A model generated the notes under the pieces. The model had not been told where the DNA came from. It saw nothing but the letters and a program-made list of their open reading frames with translations, and ran no database searches. This document shows positions 1-13,575 of a DNA stretch of 64,000 bases, piece after piece (within the stretch, counting starts at the first letter, position 1; every line of letters begins with the position of its first letter). The stretch covers positions 57,598,001 through 57,662,000 of the forward strand of contig OX597831.1 in the NCBI GenBank assembly GCA_951406725.2. The letters are read 5' to 3'. The DNA comes from Octopus vulgaris. Lineage: Eukaryota. A program made the translations under genes and the position numbers.

Positions 1-11
1 CCAACTACTAT

Positions 12-226
12 AGGTTTCAAATTTTAGCACAATGCCAGCAATTTTGGTTGAAGAGTTAAGTCGATTACATCAACCCCAGTGCTCAACTACTGCTTATTTT
101 ATCAATCCCAAAAGTATGAAAGGCAAAGTCAACCTCAGTGGAATTTGAACTCAGAATGTGAGGATGAATGAAATGCCACTAAACACTCTGTCCGGCATGC
201 TAGTGATTCTGCCAGCTTGCCACCTA
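12..226 (-). mobile_element. SINE family B (older copy)
   Basis: Reverse match to the family B head and core. Confidence 0.75.
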
Positions 227-844
227 AATAAAATAAGCAAGCCTCATTTTCAAGATTGCTAAGTGTTGTAAACCACTGCTTGTATGTTTATAATATCAAA
301 GAATCACATAACATCGTCATTTTGAAGACAATTTGGATCAATTGAATCCACATTTACAGGACTTGAATCCACATTTACAGAAGATGTGGGTTTGAACCCC
401 AGCTGTAGTCTTTGACCTTTTCTATTCAAAAGGGTTTTACAACCCTTTCTGAGTTCAAATTCCGCCGAGGTCGACTTTGCCTTTCATCATTTCGGGGTCG
501 ATAAATTAAGTACCAGTTACGCACTGGGGTTGATGTAATTGACTTAATCCGTTTGTCCATCCTTGTTTGTCCCCTCTATGTTTAGCCCCTTGTGGGCAAA
601 AAAAAAAAAATATTTACATACTATTATTATAGCTTTATACAATGTATCGTCCATATTTACGTTCTGGGTTTGAATCCCGCCGAGGTCAACTTTATGTTTT
701 ATCCTTGTGGGGTCGATAGAAGAAGTACCAGTTGAGCACTGGGAACTTCACCTGAAATTACTGATGTTGGGTTAAAATTTGAAATGATTATTTACAGCTT
801 TATATGTACTTTGAGATCTAGTTGCCAAAAAAAGAATTAACATG

Positions 845-1230
845 TAGGCGTAAGAGTGGCTGTGTGGTAAGTAGCTTGCTTACGAACCACATAGTTCCGG
901 GTTCAGTCCCACTGTGTGGCACCTTGGGCAAGTGTCTTCTACTATAGCCTTGGGCCGACCAAAGCCTTGTGAGTGGATTTGGTAGATGGAAACTGAAAAG
1001 AAGCCTGTCGAATATATGTATATATATATATATATGTTTGTGTGTCTGTGTTTGTCCCACCCCCCAACATTGTTTGAAAACTGATACTGGTGTGTTTATT
1101 TTCCCCTTAGCAGTTCGGCAAAAGAGACCGATAGGATATGTCCTGGGGGCGATTTGCTCAACTAAAGGCGGTGCTCCAGCATGGCCACAGTCAAATGACT
1201 GAAACAAGTAAAAGAATAAAAGAAAAAAAA
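845..1230 (+). mobile_element. tRNA-derived SINE family A
   Basis: A-box-like tggctgtgtgg, B-box-like ggttcagtccc, conserved body, internal (TA)n and aagtaaaaga tail. More than 12 copies in the window. Confidence 0.85.
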
Positions 1231-2131
1231 GAAACATTTTCTCAAAGTTTATAAATTTTTATGATGTTAACAATACCCCTATCCTCTCTGTCCCATCTAT
1301 TTTTCTCCTCATCCCCACCTCACATTTCATCCTTCTAACACCCATCACTTCTCTCACCTGATAACAGAATAGGCACATACTAACCCCCACCCCAGGTTTT
1401 CTCAGTTGTCTTTCTTACTCCACCCCAAACCACTTTCATTTCCCATTATCTTCTCTCCCACCCCGTCCCACAAATTGTCTCCACCAATCATTTCCTTTCT
1501 ACACCTTCTCTCACCTGTGTTGTTCTCCATCATTAACACCTTGTTTATCTGCTATCACTCACAGTGTCCTCATATTTACTGCCGACTCCCCTCTTCGTTC
1601 TTGAGCCTCTCCTGTATTTCTCTCACTCAGTCTAAACTTCCATCACCTCGCCTATTCTCACCACCCCCAATTTCCCCCAGGGTTTGTCCTGACACACTTT
1701 TGCCATAGTCTCTTACTATCACTCTTCATCTTACTCTCCATCTCGCTCTCCTTTGTTCTCCAACTGGAGTATCCATGTATTTACTTTACAGCAAGACCCC
1801 TATTTGTGTCCCTGTATACCTTTAATCTCTTAACTGACACAAAGCCTCACACCTTCAATATTATTCCCACCTCCCAGTTGAGGGATTTCTGGCTTTATTC
1901 TCTTGCAGGCTGCTCAGTGTCCCTGTCAGAGATGGTGCCATGTAAAAAGCACTGGTATTGGTGTAACATGAAAAACACCCAGTTTATTATGTTAAGTGGT
2001 TGGTGTTAGGAAGGGCATGCAGCTGTAGAAACTGTTCCAAAACCGACAATCGAGCCTGCTGCAGCTCCCATCAAACTGTCCAACTCATGCCAGCATGAAA
2101 AACTAGACATTAAATGATAATGAATATATAT

Positions 2132-2443
2132 GGCACGTAAAAAAGCACCATTCGAGCGTGATCGTTACTAAAGTCACCTTACTGGCACCTGTGCTGGGGG
2201 CATGTGTAAAAGAATTCGAGCGAGGTTGTTGCCAGTACCGCCTGACTGGCCCCCGTGCCGGTGGCACATAAAAAGCACCCACTACACTCTCAGAGTGGTT
2301 GGTGTTAGGAAGGGCAACCAGCTGTAGAAACTCCGCCAGATCAAGATTGGAGCCTGGTGCAGCCATCTGGTTCGCCAGCCCTCAGTCAAAATCGTCCAAC
2401 CCATGCTAGCATGGAAAGCGGACGTTAAACGATGATGATGATA
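2132..2443 (+). mobile_element. 5'-truncated RTE LINE 3' UTR copy
   Basis: Matches the 3' end of the 42-46 kb LINE (ggcacgtaaaaagcacccactacactc...ggacgttaaacgatgatgat); followed by (CA)n. Confidence 0.85.
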
Positions 2444-4269
2444 ATACACACACACACACACACACATATATATGTACACACATACACACTTTGAGTCTTG
2501 GCAGCTGGATTAACTGACTCTATGGACATGTGTTTAATCTATTACATTCTTCTTTTGTCCCAGATCTGCCCCTAATACTGAGTAGTTCTATGCTAAAAGC
2601 TATTCCAGATATGAGCATCCTGTGTAAATTTAAACAATGTATATAGAACACATTTGTTTTTGAAGATGATGGGTTGCTCTTTCTTTTGAAATTTTGGCTG
2701 CTATTTCTAGTTAGTTAATTAACTGCATAGAAGCTTCTCTTGACTTGTTTTAATTATTCTGTTGTCCCCCTTGACACGATACATTCCTCTTCTTTTTTTT
2801 TTTGTTGTTGTCCAGCTAAAATAGATACTATTCTCATTTCTTTGTTTAGTTTTTAGCCAAATGGAATCTTTCTCTAACAGTCGTTCATCATTTTAATGCC
2901 CGTTGATATTTGCATTATGGCTTTTTCTCTATTTTTGGTTCTGTCATCATTCTATTAGAGCTACCATTCTGAAGTTCATTCTGTTTCATCTTCCGAGATT
3001 TAAATTTCTATATATTTTCAACGCCTATTAGCTTCTTTCACTCCTATATATCCAATCTCTTTTCATATCAGCACAGTTGTCTCTCTTGTATATATTAAAT
3101 ATTTAATTTACTAGTACACAACCTATCTCTCACATTTTCATTGCACAGACTCTTACTTTTGTTTTCTATTTTCTTTCATTTTATCTACTCTGTGCTCTTT
3201 AATTATGTTAACCTACAAATTTTTCTATTACGTGTCTTTGTACAAAAGAACTGTTACTTTGTTATTTGATGGTTGGGGTGGACAGTCTTGCTTGCTCAGC
3301 TTTATCTATGAAACAAATTACTAACCCTTTTGATACCAATGTATATGAAACCGCTTCTGGGTTTTCTTTCATACAAAACTACTTTTTTTTATTTACCTTC
3401 AAAACTGCGTGTATTTAAGTGTTCATTTTAGCCAACCCTAACTCTTTATCATTCAGATTACTCTGTCAAATGTGATGCTTATTTATCCACACTGTTTTGA
3501 ATTAATTGTGTGTTATCGCATAGCTTTGAGATTTTGATGATGTGATTGTTTATTTTCAGAATGACATTATAGGGTAGGTGTGAGAGGCTGAACATGGCCA
3601 TTTAAAATGTTAAAGGGTTAAATCGAAATCTTCCATCTTAATTTTATGTAAGAACCTTAATCCAAAATTATGTTGGAAACATTGGCATAATATGCCAATT
3701 AAAGAAAACAGCTAGTTTGTTATTATTATTATTATCATCATCATCATCATTTAATGTCCGTTTTCCATGCTGGTGTAGGCTGGACAGTTTAACTGGAACT
3801 GGTAAGGCTTGGGGCCACACCAGGCTCCATTGTCTGTTCTGGCAAGGTTTCTATGGCTGGATGCCAACCACTCTACAAAGTGTACTGGGTGCTAGTTCTT
3901 TTAGTAAATTCTTGTATATTTTTTCCATAGTTATACACCATTATGATTATGTAACTGTTCTGACTTTGAGACTTAAAATGTAATATCCATTAAATGACAT
4001 TTGACAACTACATACCTTCCTCACTCTGTCACCAGTAGAGGGTGACTGTCTTAAAATTCCCTTTGTTCAGAAGTCTAGCTTAATTACTGACACTATTTCT
4101 GTCTTCAAATTAAGTATTCATATAATAGCAAAATCTGTTATTCCACTTGAATTCATTTCTAGTCTCTTATTATTTTATGAAACCAAAGTGAAAAACTTCT
4201 CAACAGAAAGCAAGAAAAACAGTGATGGATTAACAACAGTAATTAATAAATATCAATTCCATTGTTGTG

Positions 4270-4569
4270 GAGGCACATGGCCTAGTGGTTAGAGCAGCGG
4301 ACTTGCGGTCGAGGGATCGCGGATTCGAGTCTCAGACCGGGTGATGTGTGTGTTTATGAGTGAAACACCTAAGCTCCATGTGGCTCCAGCAGAAGGTAAT
4401 GGCGAACTTCTGCTGACTCTTTCGCCACAAATTTCTCTCACTCTATCCTCCTGCATCTTGCAGCTCACCTGCAACGGACCGGCGTTCCATCCAGGTGGAG
4501 AACCTATATGCCAAGAAACCGGAAAACCGGCCCTTATGAGCCAGGCATGGCTCGAGAAGGAACAAACAA
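4270..4569 (+). mobile_element. tRNA-derived SINE family C
   Basis: tRNA-like head (A box tggcctagtgg, B box gattcgagtc). Flanked by the direct repeat caattccattgt (TSD). Related reverse copy at 10765-11071. Confidence 0.8.
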
Positions 4570-5769
4570 TTCCATTGTAATCATGAAATTACAGGTGTAC
4601 GTTTGGCTGTGTTATAAAGAAGCTTGCTTTGCAACCAGGTGGTTTCAGGTTCAGTCCCACTATGTGGTTATATGTCTCCTACTAAAGCCTCAGGTTGATC
4701 AGTGGTTTGTGAATTTAATGAACAAAAATGTGTAGAAGGCCCATCATATGTATTTGTATGTTTGTTTGTCACCTTTGCACTGTTTAACAACTGATATTGG
4801 ATCGTTTACATCCCCGTAGTTTAGAGGTTTGGCAAAAGTGACTGATAGAATAAGTACTAGATTAGGCTTAAAAATAAGTACTGAGGTTGATTTGTACAGT
4901 TAAACCCTTCAAGACAGTGTCTCTGCATTGCTGCAGCCCAGTGATTGAAACAAGTAAAAGATAAAAGATATCAGACTTATGATGGAGTTGACAGAGGACC
5001 GAGATATGCAGTGTGTTGCTGTACTCAAGAACACCCACCCACCACAACAGAATTGAGATCCTAAACCCAAGGTGCCATGTAAAAAGGATTGGTGTGGATG
5101 CTGGTGCCATGTAAAAAGCGCTGATGATGGTGTCACATAAAATGCACTGGTGCTGGTGCCACATAAAAAGCATTGGTGATGGTACCATGTAAAAAGCACC
5201 AAGTACACTCTGTAAAGTGGTTGGTGTTAGGAAGGGCTTCCAACCATAGAAACCAAACCAAAACAGACTATGGAACCTGATGTGGCCTCTTACTTTTTAC
5301 TTAAGTCTTCTTGTATTGTCACATTCATAAACAGCAATTCTCCAGTACTTATTGCAGTTCTCTTTGCTCTGAATAATTAGTCCTAGTGCATTTCAGGTGT
5401 GTCCTAGAATGTTCAGTTCCCTGAGTTCTTAAGCTGACCTTTTTCTTATTTTTTCCATCATCCAGTATCTACATCATTGTAATCTTTGCTTGCCATGTGG
5501 CTGGCAGATGCAAAATATCCTGCCAGACAAAACTGATGTAACATCATGATGTTCTGCAGCAGCTGGGATTTGCTTTATCTTTTACTTGTTTCATTCATTC
5601 CAGCCCAAACATTCAACTTTTTTTATGTTAAAACTGACCAGACCCTACCTCTCACACCTCTCACACAACCTCTACAAAGTCATTCTAAAAATACACAAAC
5701 ATCATTTCCATCATCGTTTAATGTCTGCTTTCCATGCTGGCATGGGTTGGATGGTTTGACATTGACAAA

Positions 5770-6004
5770 AGGTGGCGAGTTGGCAGAAACGTTAGCATGC
5801 CGGGCGAAATGCGTAGCCGTATTTCGTCTGCCGTTACGTTCTGAGTTCAAATTCCACCGAGGACGACTTTGCCTTTCATCCTTTCGGGGTCGATTAAATA
5901 AGTACCAGTTATGCACTGGGGTCGATATAATCGACTTAATCCGTTTGTCTGTCCTTGTTTGTCCTCTCTGTGTTTAGCCCCTTGTGGGTAGTAAAGAAAT
6001 AGGT
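5770..6004 (+). mobile_element. SINE family B (Nin/Deu-domain-like), inserted in an RTE tail
   Basis: Head ggcgagttggcagaaacgttagc, B-box-like gagttcaaattcc and central gcctttcatcctttcggggtcgat..aagtacca resembling the Nin/Deu domain. About 20 copies in the window. Confidence 0.8.
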
Positions 6005-7220
6005 TTGACATTAAGCTGGTTAGATGGGAGCAGCCCAGACTCCAATTATCTGTTGTGGCATGGTTTCTATGGCTGGATGCCCTTCCTAATGCCAACCACT
6101 TTACAGAGTGTGCTGGGTGCTTTTTGCATACCACCAGCATGAGTAGCATTGAAATCTTGAAGCTATAAGAGAATGTATGATTAATTCTAAATAAGTAAGC
6201 ATTACGTTTGATAGAACAATCTGAACACTAAAGAATTACAGCAAAAATCTGGTGCTCACTGGAACTCTTTTTACCATAACTTCTGTCTGATCACATCTGA
6301 CCTTGGGTTAAACTATTGCACCTAGAAGTACCTCTGTCACATCTCTGTATGGCTGCTTGAAACTCTAGAAATAGCAACCAAATCAGATTTTGATCACATG
6401 CTCTATAATTTCAGAAATTAAGCAACATTGGATAACAAGACAGGATGGTCATGGTTTAAATGCATTTTATCACAAGTCCAGTCAATCAGAGCTACTCAGG
6501 GAGCCTCTGTATAGTAAATTGACCCGTTAAATGTAGCAGCCAGAACTCCTACAAATCACATCCTTCAACCTTCAAAATGGAAGGATATATTAGTGAATGC
6601 AGTCCTCCCTAATGAATATAGAGATGAATGGAATACTTTCATGCCAGATCTGCTCAATTTAGATATAATTGGCTAAATTACCGCCAAATTATACTTCCTG
6701 CTATCTTAAAAAGGAAACATCACCATATGAATAAAATAAATGTCAAGGCCAGATATGCTATATATATATGTGTGTGTATATATATATCATACGTTTTCTC
6801 TTTCTGTGTGTGTGTTTGTATATGTGTGTATATATATATATATAATTTTTTTTTATGTCTGTTTTTGTTACCAGCATCAATCAGATAAATATATATTATC
6901 GAGGCATAGTTTTACAGCTGGATGCCTTTCCTGTTGCTTACCCTTGTTTCTCAAGTAAGGGATCTTTTATTCTGCATGTTAGCAAAAACACAGAGCCAGC
7001 ACACAATTTGTTGATAGTGAAATAATGAAATGACAAAAAAACTTCTCAGCTTCGTAGTACAGCAGTGGTTTTTTCATGCAAAGCACAGAGAATGTAAACA
7101 TTAGCCGACATGCATACACATATATACATGGGTTGGACTGTTGACTACACACTTATAAATAAAATATATACAGCTGTGTATCATTACTTACAAATATATC
7201 TATATATGTTATATATATAT

Positions 7221-7385
7221 AGGTGCAGGAGTGGCTGTGTGGTAAGTAGCTTGCTTACCAACCACATGGTTCCGGGTTCAGTCCCACTGCGTTGCACCTT
7301 GGGCAAGTGTCTTCTACCATAGCCTCGGGCTGACCAAAGCCTTTTTGAGTGGATTTGGTAGATGGAAACTGAAAGAAGCCCGTCG

Positions 7386-7422
<37 letters not shown>

Positions 7423-7571
7423 TTGTGTGTCTGTGTTTGTCCCCCTAGCATTGTTTGACAACCGATGCTAGTGTGTTTACGTCCCCGTAACTTAGTGGTT
7501 CGGCATAAGAGACTGATAGAATAAGTACTAGGCTTACAAAGAATAAGTCCTGGGGTCGATTTGCTCGACTA
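7221..7571 (+). mobile_element. SINE family A
   Basis: Near-identical to the other family A copies. Confidence 0.85.
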
Positions 7572-7572
7572 G

Positions 7573-7611
<39 letters not shown>

Positions 7612-7977
7612 TAGATGTATAGATACCTTATGTATTTACTGAAGGAAAAAATCCTTGCTCCAAAGTGTGTGTAGCTATTAACAGCTTAACTTTTACATTA
7701 CCTGTAAATCAATGTCTAATTGGAATCAGAGTTGTTACATATATTAAACCTCCATATTCTATGGAGTGTTTGTTTTCATTTAATGCATATCTACCTCTGT
7801 GTGTGTGTGTGTGTGTGTGTATGGAAGTGCAACTGTAAAATGACAATGAGGATACATGCACACATATGCACACATGTATTCTTTCCTCTAGCTTTTTGAA
7901 CAGGTAATACTGCATTATTATAGTTTTTTTCTTTAGTGTATGGAGTCGCAATAAGACAAACCCTCTTCTCTTTATAT

Positions 7978-8181
7978 ATGAGGGTGCTTTAAGGGCATTG
8001 TGAAAAGCTTGGTTGGAGGCCCAACCTTCTGAGTTCTTTTACAGGGCTTAGAAAAACTGAAGGACTGCTGCAATAAGTTTTTGAATCTGAGAAGGGAATA
8101 TGTTGAATAAAATCATAATTTTACTGATCCTCCTGTATTTTCTTTTACTCAAAGCCAGGAACTTTTCAACACCCTCTCATT
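7978..8181 (+). mobile_element. Mariner-derived non-autonomous element
   Basis: Transposase C-terminal remnant (EAQPSEFF...LEKLKDCCNKFLNLRREYVE*) with gagggtg/caccctc termini. Reverse homolog at 58185-58325. Confidence 0.6.
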
Positions 8182-8937
8182 AATGTATATATATATGAAG
8201 CAATAGTTACTGACTAGCATCTTGTAAGATACACACACACACACACTAATACATTCTGTTGTTAAGTTCCTTAGACATAATTCCAAATATGTATGAGGTG
8301 GATATGCTTAGAGAAAAAATTCTTTCAGCCAACACCCTTACACAAGTGGCACCTGCATACCTATGTACCTACCTACTGGGATGGTTGAGGATGATATCTG
8401 TTGAGGGAGACTGTTTAAGGCAGTGATGGCTAATGTTATGAATATCAGCGAAATGTTACGAATGTATATAGTTGTTAGGTGAGATCAGCTCTGATCTACG
8501 AGTTCTATGAAAAAAAAAAAAATTCCAACAGTGACCATCTTGTATTTTTTCTGTTTTGCTGCCATATAACTTCAATTTACATTTTCCAGTGAGGCCTTAC
8601 TTTTTCTTTCTTTAGGATGGCACAGTGTAACTTCAGGATGGTTTAGTTGCTATTTCTGGCAGGTCAAGTAACCATATTGACATTTCTTCGTTGGCTTGCA
8701 AATGTGTGTGATTGTGGGAGTTTGGCAAACAGTGGAGATAAGCACACAGAGAATTAAATCTGTTAGGTTTTTCAGTTTCATATGTAATTAATTGTTAATT
8801 ACGTTGATAATGCTCATGATGCAGTGGAACCAGCTGAGTGCTTGAGTAGCACTTTGTTGTCCTATTACCACTCTATACTCATCTAACACTTTGTTCTGAA
8901 GCATATGTTTATTGGGTTATACGTCAAGTTATACATC

Positions 8938-9278
8938 ATTCTCGCTCACAACATCATAAGTGGAAAGTGTAACCTCTCGAAAGAGCTGTTCTTCACTCCT
9001 GCTCCAGAGTGTGGGCTGCGGGGTCACTCTGAAAAGCTCTATCTATGACGATTTCATTTCAATCGAAGGAGAGGGGCTTTCTCCGTCTGGGTTGCGGATC
9101 CATGGAATAAGCTGCTGGACGAGATAGTGAAGATGCCAACAACTGCTCGATTCAAAGTCTCTCTTGACCAGAAATGGCCTGAACTCTTTGTATGACCACC
9201 CTCCCTGTACATAACTCCCTGTCCCCCTACATGGCCTTGCTTTTGCTTTTTGAGCCAATAAAAATTGAATTAAAAAAG
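8938..9278 (+). mobile_element. CR1-group LINE 3' fragment
   Basis: Translates LRGHSEKLYL*RFHFNRRRGAFSVWVADPWNKL...RFKVSLDQKW*, the CR1/L2 ORF2 C-terminal signature. Confidence 0.75.
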
Positions 9279-9411
9279 TTATTAGTCTTACAATGCCTAA
9301 GCGAAATATATGCATACATATATGAATGTGTGTGTATGTGTGTGTAACTACAATGTAACTACACGTGTGCTGTTGGTGATTTCTTTTCCTTCTTTGGACT
9401 TTTCCATTCTC

Positions 9412-9446
9412 CTTTCCGATGAAGAGCTAGGCTCGAAACGTCTAAC
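9412..9446 (+). ncRNA. Degenerate hammerhead-like motif
   Basis: CCGATGA-A-GAGC(TAG)GCTC-GAAAC-GTC; stem I is eroded. Confidence 0.45.
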
Positions 9447-9511
9447 TCTCTCCTTTCACCAAGTGTCAAGCTAATACATTTTTTGTGCACATCCTAACAT
9501 TCATTTTATTC

Positions 9512-9543
<32 letters not shown>

Positions 9544-10764
9544 TCATCATTGTCAGTTAACCACTGTTTTCCATGCTGGCATGGATTGGATGGTAGATAT
9601 ATCTCACAGACTGTAGGCATGTAGTTACTTGTATACATTTAAGATGCAAGCATACCTGTGTTGTTCAGAAGTTCATTTGCAACTTTGTGTTTTTTGGATC
9701 CATTCCCATTGTGTTGTACTTTGGTAGGTGTCTTAATATAGGCACTAGGTTCACTAATTCCTTGTTAGTGAAATTTGGTTGATGGAAACTGTATGGATAC
9801 TTGCCATTAATGTGTGTTTGTGTGTCTACATGTATTTTTGCATTGACATTGCTTGCACAGCAGTAACGATGTTTATGTATATATATATATATATATACAC
9901 AGAAGGTCTAACAAATTGGTGATTTTGATATGCAAAGATGAAAACTACAGTACCTGAAAAACAAGTAAAAGTTACTATCATGAAAGGAATCTGTTAGTAA
10001 AATACTGACTCAAGATTTTATCCAACCCTACCTCCATGGTAAAAAAAAAAGTGAGTGGGGAATGTAAATACAACGATGATATGGAATATGAAATTTTTTA
10101 ACATACGTAATATCTATTAAACCAGAATTGGTAAAGAGTATGACAAAAATCATGTATTTGATTTCTTTTGTGTTCTGAGTTCACCTTCCTGTCTTGATGT
10201 AGTTTTTTTATCCTACAGAGGTTGATAAAATAGGTACTAGAAATAATCAATTATAACCATGAAGACACTGGACTCAATCCAATATTAACTGGGGCACATA
10301 AAAAGCATCTATTATACTCTTTGAGTGGTTGGCATTAGGAAGAGCACCCAGCCATAGAAACCATGACAAATCAGATTGGAACCAAGTGCAGCTCTCCAGC
10401 TTACCAATTTTATTCAAATGCTGGCATGGAAAGCAGATGCTAATTGATGATGGTGATGATGTTGGTGAATATTACGAACATTATAATCTAAAGAAAGCTA
10501 TATTCAGAATTGTGTGATGCATCTCATACATTTTTAAGCAAGCTTCCTGGCCATTACATCACTAGTAAACTGCCAGTTCATCCTATCATAATGCACACAC
10601 ACTGACGTAATATGCACAAACATATGTATGTAGAGGGGAGCCTAAAACATCCACACAAATTTGCATCTAAGGTAGATGTATTTCTCACAGACAGACTATA
10701 AAACACATTACTCTTGTGTGTGTGTATACATATATATATATATATATATTTTTTTTTTCTTTCT

Positions 10765-11071
10765 CACCCTTTTCAAGCCTAGCCAGGCTCATGGGCCCGA
10801 TTTCCCGGTTTTCTGTGGTGTAAGTGCCCCCCCCCCCCCAAACTGGATGTGACGCCAGTCCATCACAGCATTACTCAAGAAACAGGAAGAGAGAGTGAGA
10901 GAATGTTGGAGCGAAAGAGTACAACAGGGCTCGCCACCACCCTCTGCCGGAGCCTCGTGGAGCTTTAGGTGTTTTCGCTCAATAAACACACACAACGCCC
11001 GGTCTGGGAATCGATACCACGATCCTCCGACCGCGAGTCCGCTGCCCTAACCACTGGGCCATTGCGCCTCC
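10765..11071 (-). mobile_element. SINE family C
   Basis: Reverse homolog of 4270-4569. Confidence 0.8.
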
Positions 11072-11693
11072 ATACACACACACACATATATATGTTATTT
11101 TCATTTTATTTTGTAAGTGTTTAGTATTTGATTCATGCTTTGTTATCTGTAAGGTATAAATAGGGTTATACATCTGGAGTTAAGGTCCTGTTTGTTCACT
11201 TATAGTAGATATGTTGTTAGCATGATGCCCACACAGTTTGTTGCAGATATGTTTTTTGATTCCTGCAGGTAATGTTGCAACTTATGTTTGTCTTCTTATA
11301 TTGGTTTCAAATTTTTGGCACAAGGCCAGTAATTTCAGGAGAGGGCTAAGTTAATTACATCGACCCCAGTGCTCTACTGCTACTTATTTTATCGACCCTG
11401 AAAGTATGAAAGGCAAAGTTGACCTTGGTGACATTTGAACTCAGAATGCAAAGATGGATGTAATTGCTACGAAGCATTTTGCTTGGTATGCTAATGATTT
11501 TGTCAGCTTGTTGCCTTTTTGCCTTCTTACATTAATCTTATTTTCTGTGTAGAAGGGTTGCACTACATAGAGGTTGACCCTTTTGCATTTAAACTGGCCA
11601 TATCCGGCCCGAATTTTCTACTTGTTTTATGTTGAAACAGGTCAGATCCAACCTCTCACACCTACCCTACATTGTTATTCTAAAAATAATCAT

Positions 11694-11863
11694 AGGCGCA
11701 GAAGTGGCTGTGTGGTAAGTAGCTTGCTTACCAACCACATGGTTCCAGGTTCAGTCCCACTGCATGGCACCTTGGGCAAGTGTCTTCTACTATAGCCTCA
11801 GGCTGACCAAAGCCTTGTGAGTGGATTTGGTAGACGGAAACTGAAAGAAGCCCATCGTATATA

Positions 11864-11914
<51 letters not shown>

Positions 11915-12135
11915 GTGAATATGTTTGTGTAACTGTGTTTGTCCCCCCAACATCGCTTGACAACTGATGCTGGTGTGTTTACGTCCCCGTAACTTAGCGG
12001 TTCGGCAAAAGAGACCGATAGAACAAGTACTAGGCTTACAAAGAATAAGTTCTGGGGTCGATTTGCACGACTAAAGGCGGTGCTCCAGCATGGCCACAGT
12101 CAAATGACTGAAACGTGTAAAAGAGTGTAAAAGAG
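11694..12135 (+). mobile_element. SINE family A inserted in a piggyBac-like MITE
   Basis: Full-length copy. The flanks 11574-11693 and 12136-12232 are the two halves of the TTAA MITE. Confidence 0.85.
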
Positions 12136-13098
12136 ATATCTTCAAGATCTCAAAGCTACAAGATTAATCCAAAACAATGTGAATCAGTAAGGATTGCATT
12201 CGACAGAGTAATCTATATGCTAAATAGTTTAATCATGTGTTTGTGTGTTATGTCTCCTTAATCTTGTAACCAGTTCAAAATGCATTTTGCGATGCTTCAG
12301 ATCTCAGTTGTTTTCAATGTCTCTTCTGTTTTGAATCCACTAAAGGGAGCAAACCCCACTTACCTAACATCTTCAACCACTTGACTTCACTTAAATATTA
12401 ATGGCAACTAAATAAACCTACTATAAACTCCTGCATCTTATAAACATCTTCAACAATAGATACAGGGGTCAAAAACAGATGCTGGTGTGAAAAGTTGGCT
12501 GAAACCAGCCCATAATCAAATACAAAAAGTGCTGCTCCTTAGGGAATTGGTTTTTGGCAATGAAATCTTTGAGGTTGTCTCATAACTTCCATTTACTATT
12601 GTGGTTGGTCTGTCTGAAAAGTTTGGTGGTTGTTCAGATGCTGACATTTTCAGAATGTTGTTGTTGAACCTCAGGTCAACTATGACTAGGTTGATCCATG
12701 ATCCAAGGTTTTTCATTCATGAGCAATCTTGTCCTATGACTAGATTATCCAATGTATCCCTTTTTTTAAGCATTAGGAAGTAACTTGAGAGATATTTTGG
12801 CTGCTTGCCTTGCATGTTGTTTGACTGTATAGCTGCTCACTTGGTTTGCTGTAGAATGTTTGGCTTGTTGGGGAAAATTCAAAAACGGCCAACATCCAAA
12901 TGGTCTCTGAGAACCCATATAAGAATTTTGGTGGGGTTCATGCAACAAAATAGTAAACTAGGGATCCACAATAGTATTTTAAGGGTCTATGAAAAACTTC
13001 TGCGTTAGATATATTGGTATGTATTGCAGTAAACAGCTAGGTTTCTTTCTCTAACATTTTACATGGTTCAACCTAAACAGTGTGTGGAAATTGGAATA

Positions 13099-13575
13099 GG
13101 AATTTTGAAAAGAGTATCCTTAAAGCTAAGTTTTTAAACATTGAATAGCTGTGGGGGCCCGCCAGAATAGAATAGTAATCAAAAGGGTCCATAGATAAAA
13201 AATGGTTGAGAACCCCTGATCTTGTGTATCATCTCACATTTAGATCTACAATGTTTGTATTCAAAATCCGTTACCATATGAGAAGATTTTTGTCTTGCAA
13301 GTTACTTGGTGACCCTTTCAGTGCAGGTGCCACTTAAAAAACATCTAGTCCACATTGTAAAGTGGTTGGTGTTTGGAAGGGCATCTAGCTGTAAAAACCT
13401 TGCCTGTGCTTGTACCACATAAAAAGTACTAAATCTACTCTGCTGAGTGGTTGGTGTTAGGAAGGGCACCCATCTGTAAAAATCCTGCCAAAACAGTTAC
13501 AGAAGTCTGGTGCAGGCTCCTATCAAACCGTCCCACCCATGCCAGCATGGAAGGCGGATGTTAAACGATGATGAT
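13099..13575 (+). repeat. Composite repeat (hAT end, linker, RTE tail), copy 1
   Basis: Collinear with 38638-39128, including the junction after the hAT-like TIR ggttgagaacccctg. Confidence 0.75.

Noticed and set aside
818-1237. Recurring ORFs such as FQSFDCGHAGAPPL...PNPLTRLWSA, also at 29.5, 33.3 and 35.1 kb
   Set aside because: Antisense translations of SINE family A, not a gene family.
4270-4345. tRNA-like heads of SINEs as tRNA genes
   Set aside because: Incomplete cloverleafs continuous with SINE bodies.
5065-5200. Regularly spaced ~26-bp repeats resembling a CRISPR array
   Set aside because: No unique spacers and no cas genes in a eukaryotic context; these are tandem units of the RTE 3' UTR motif.
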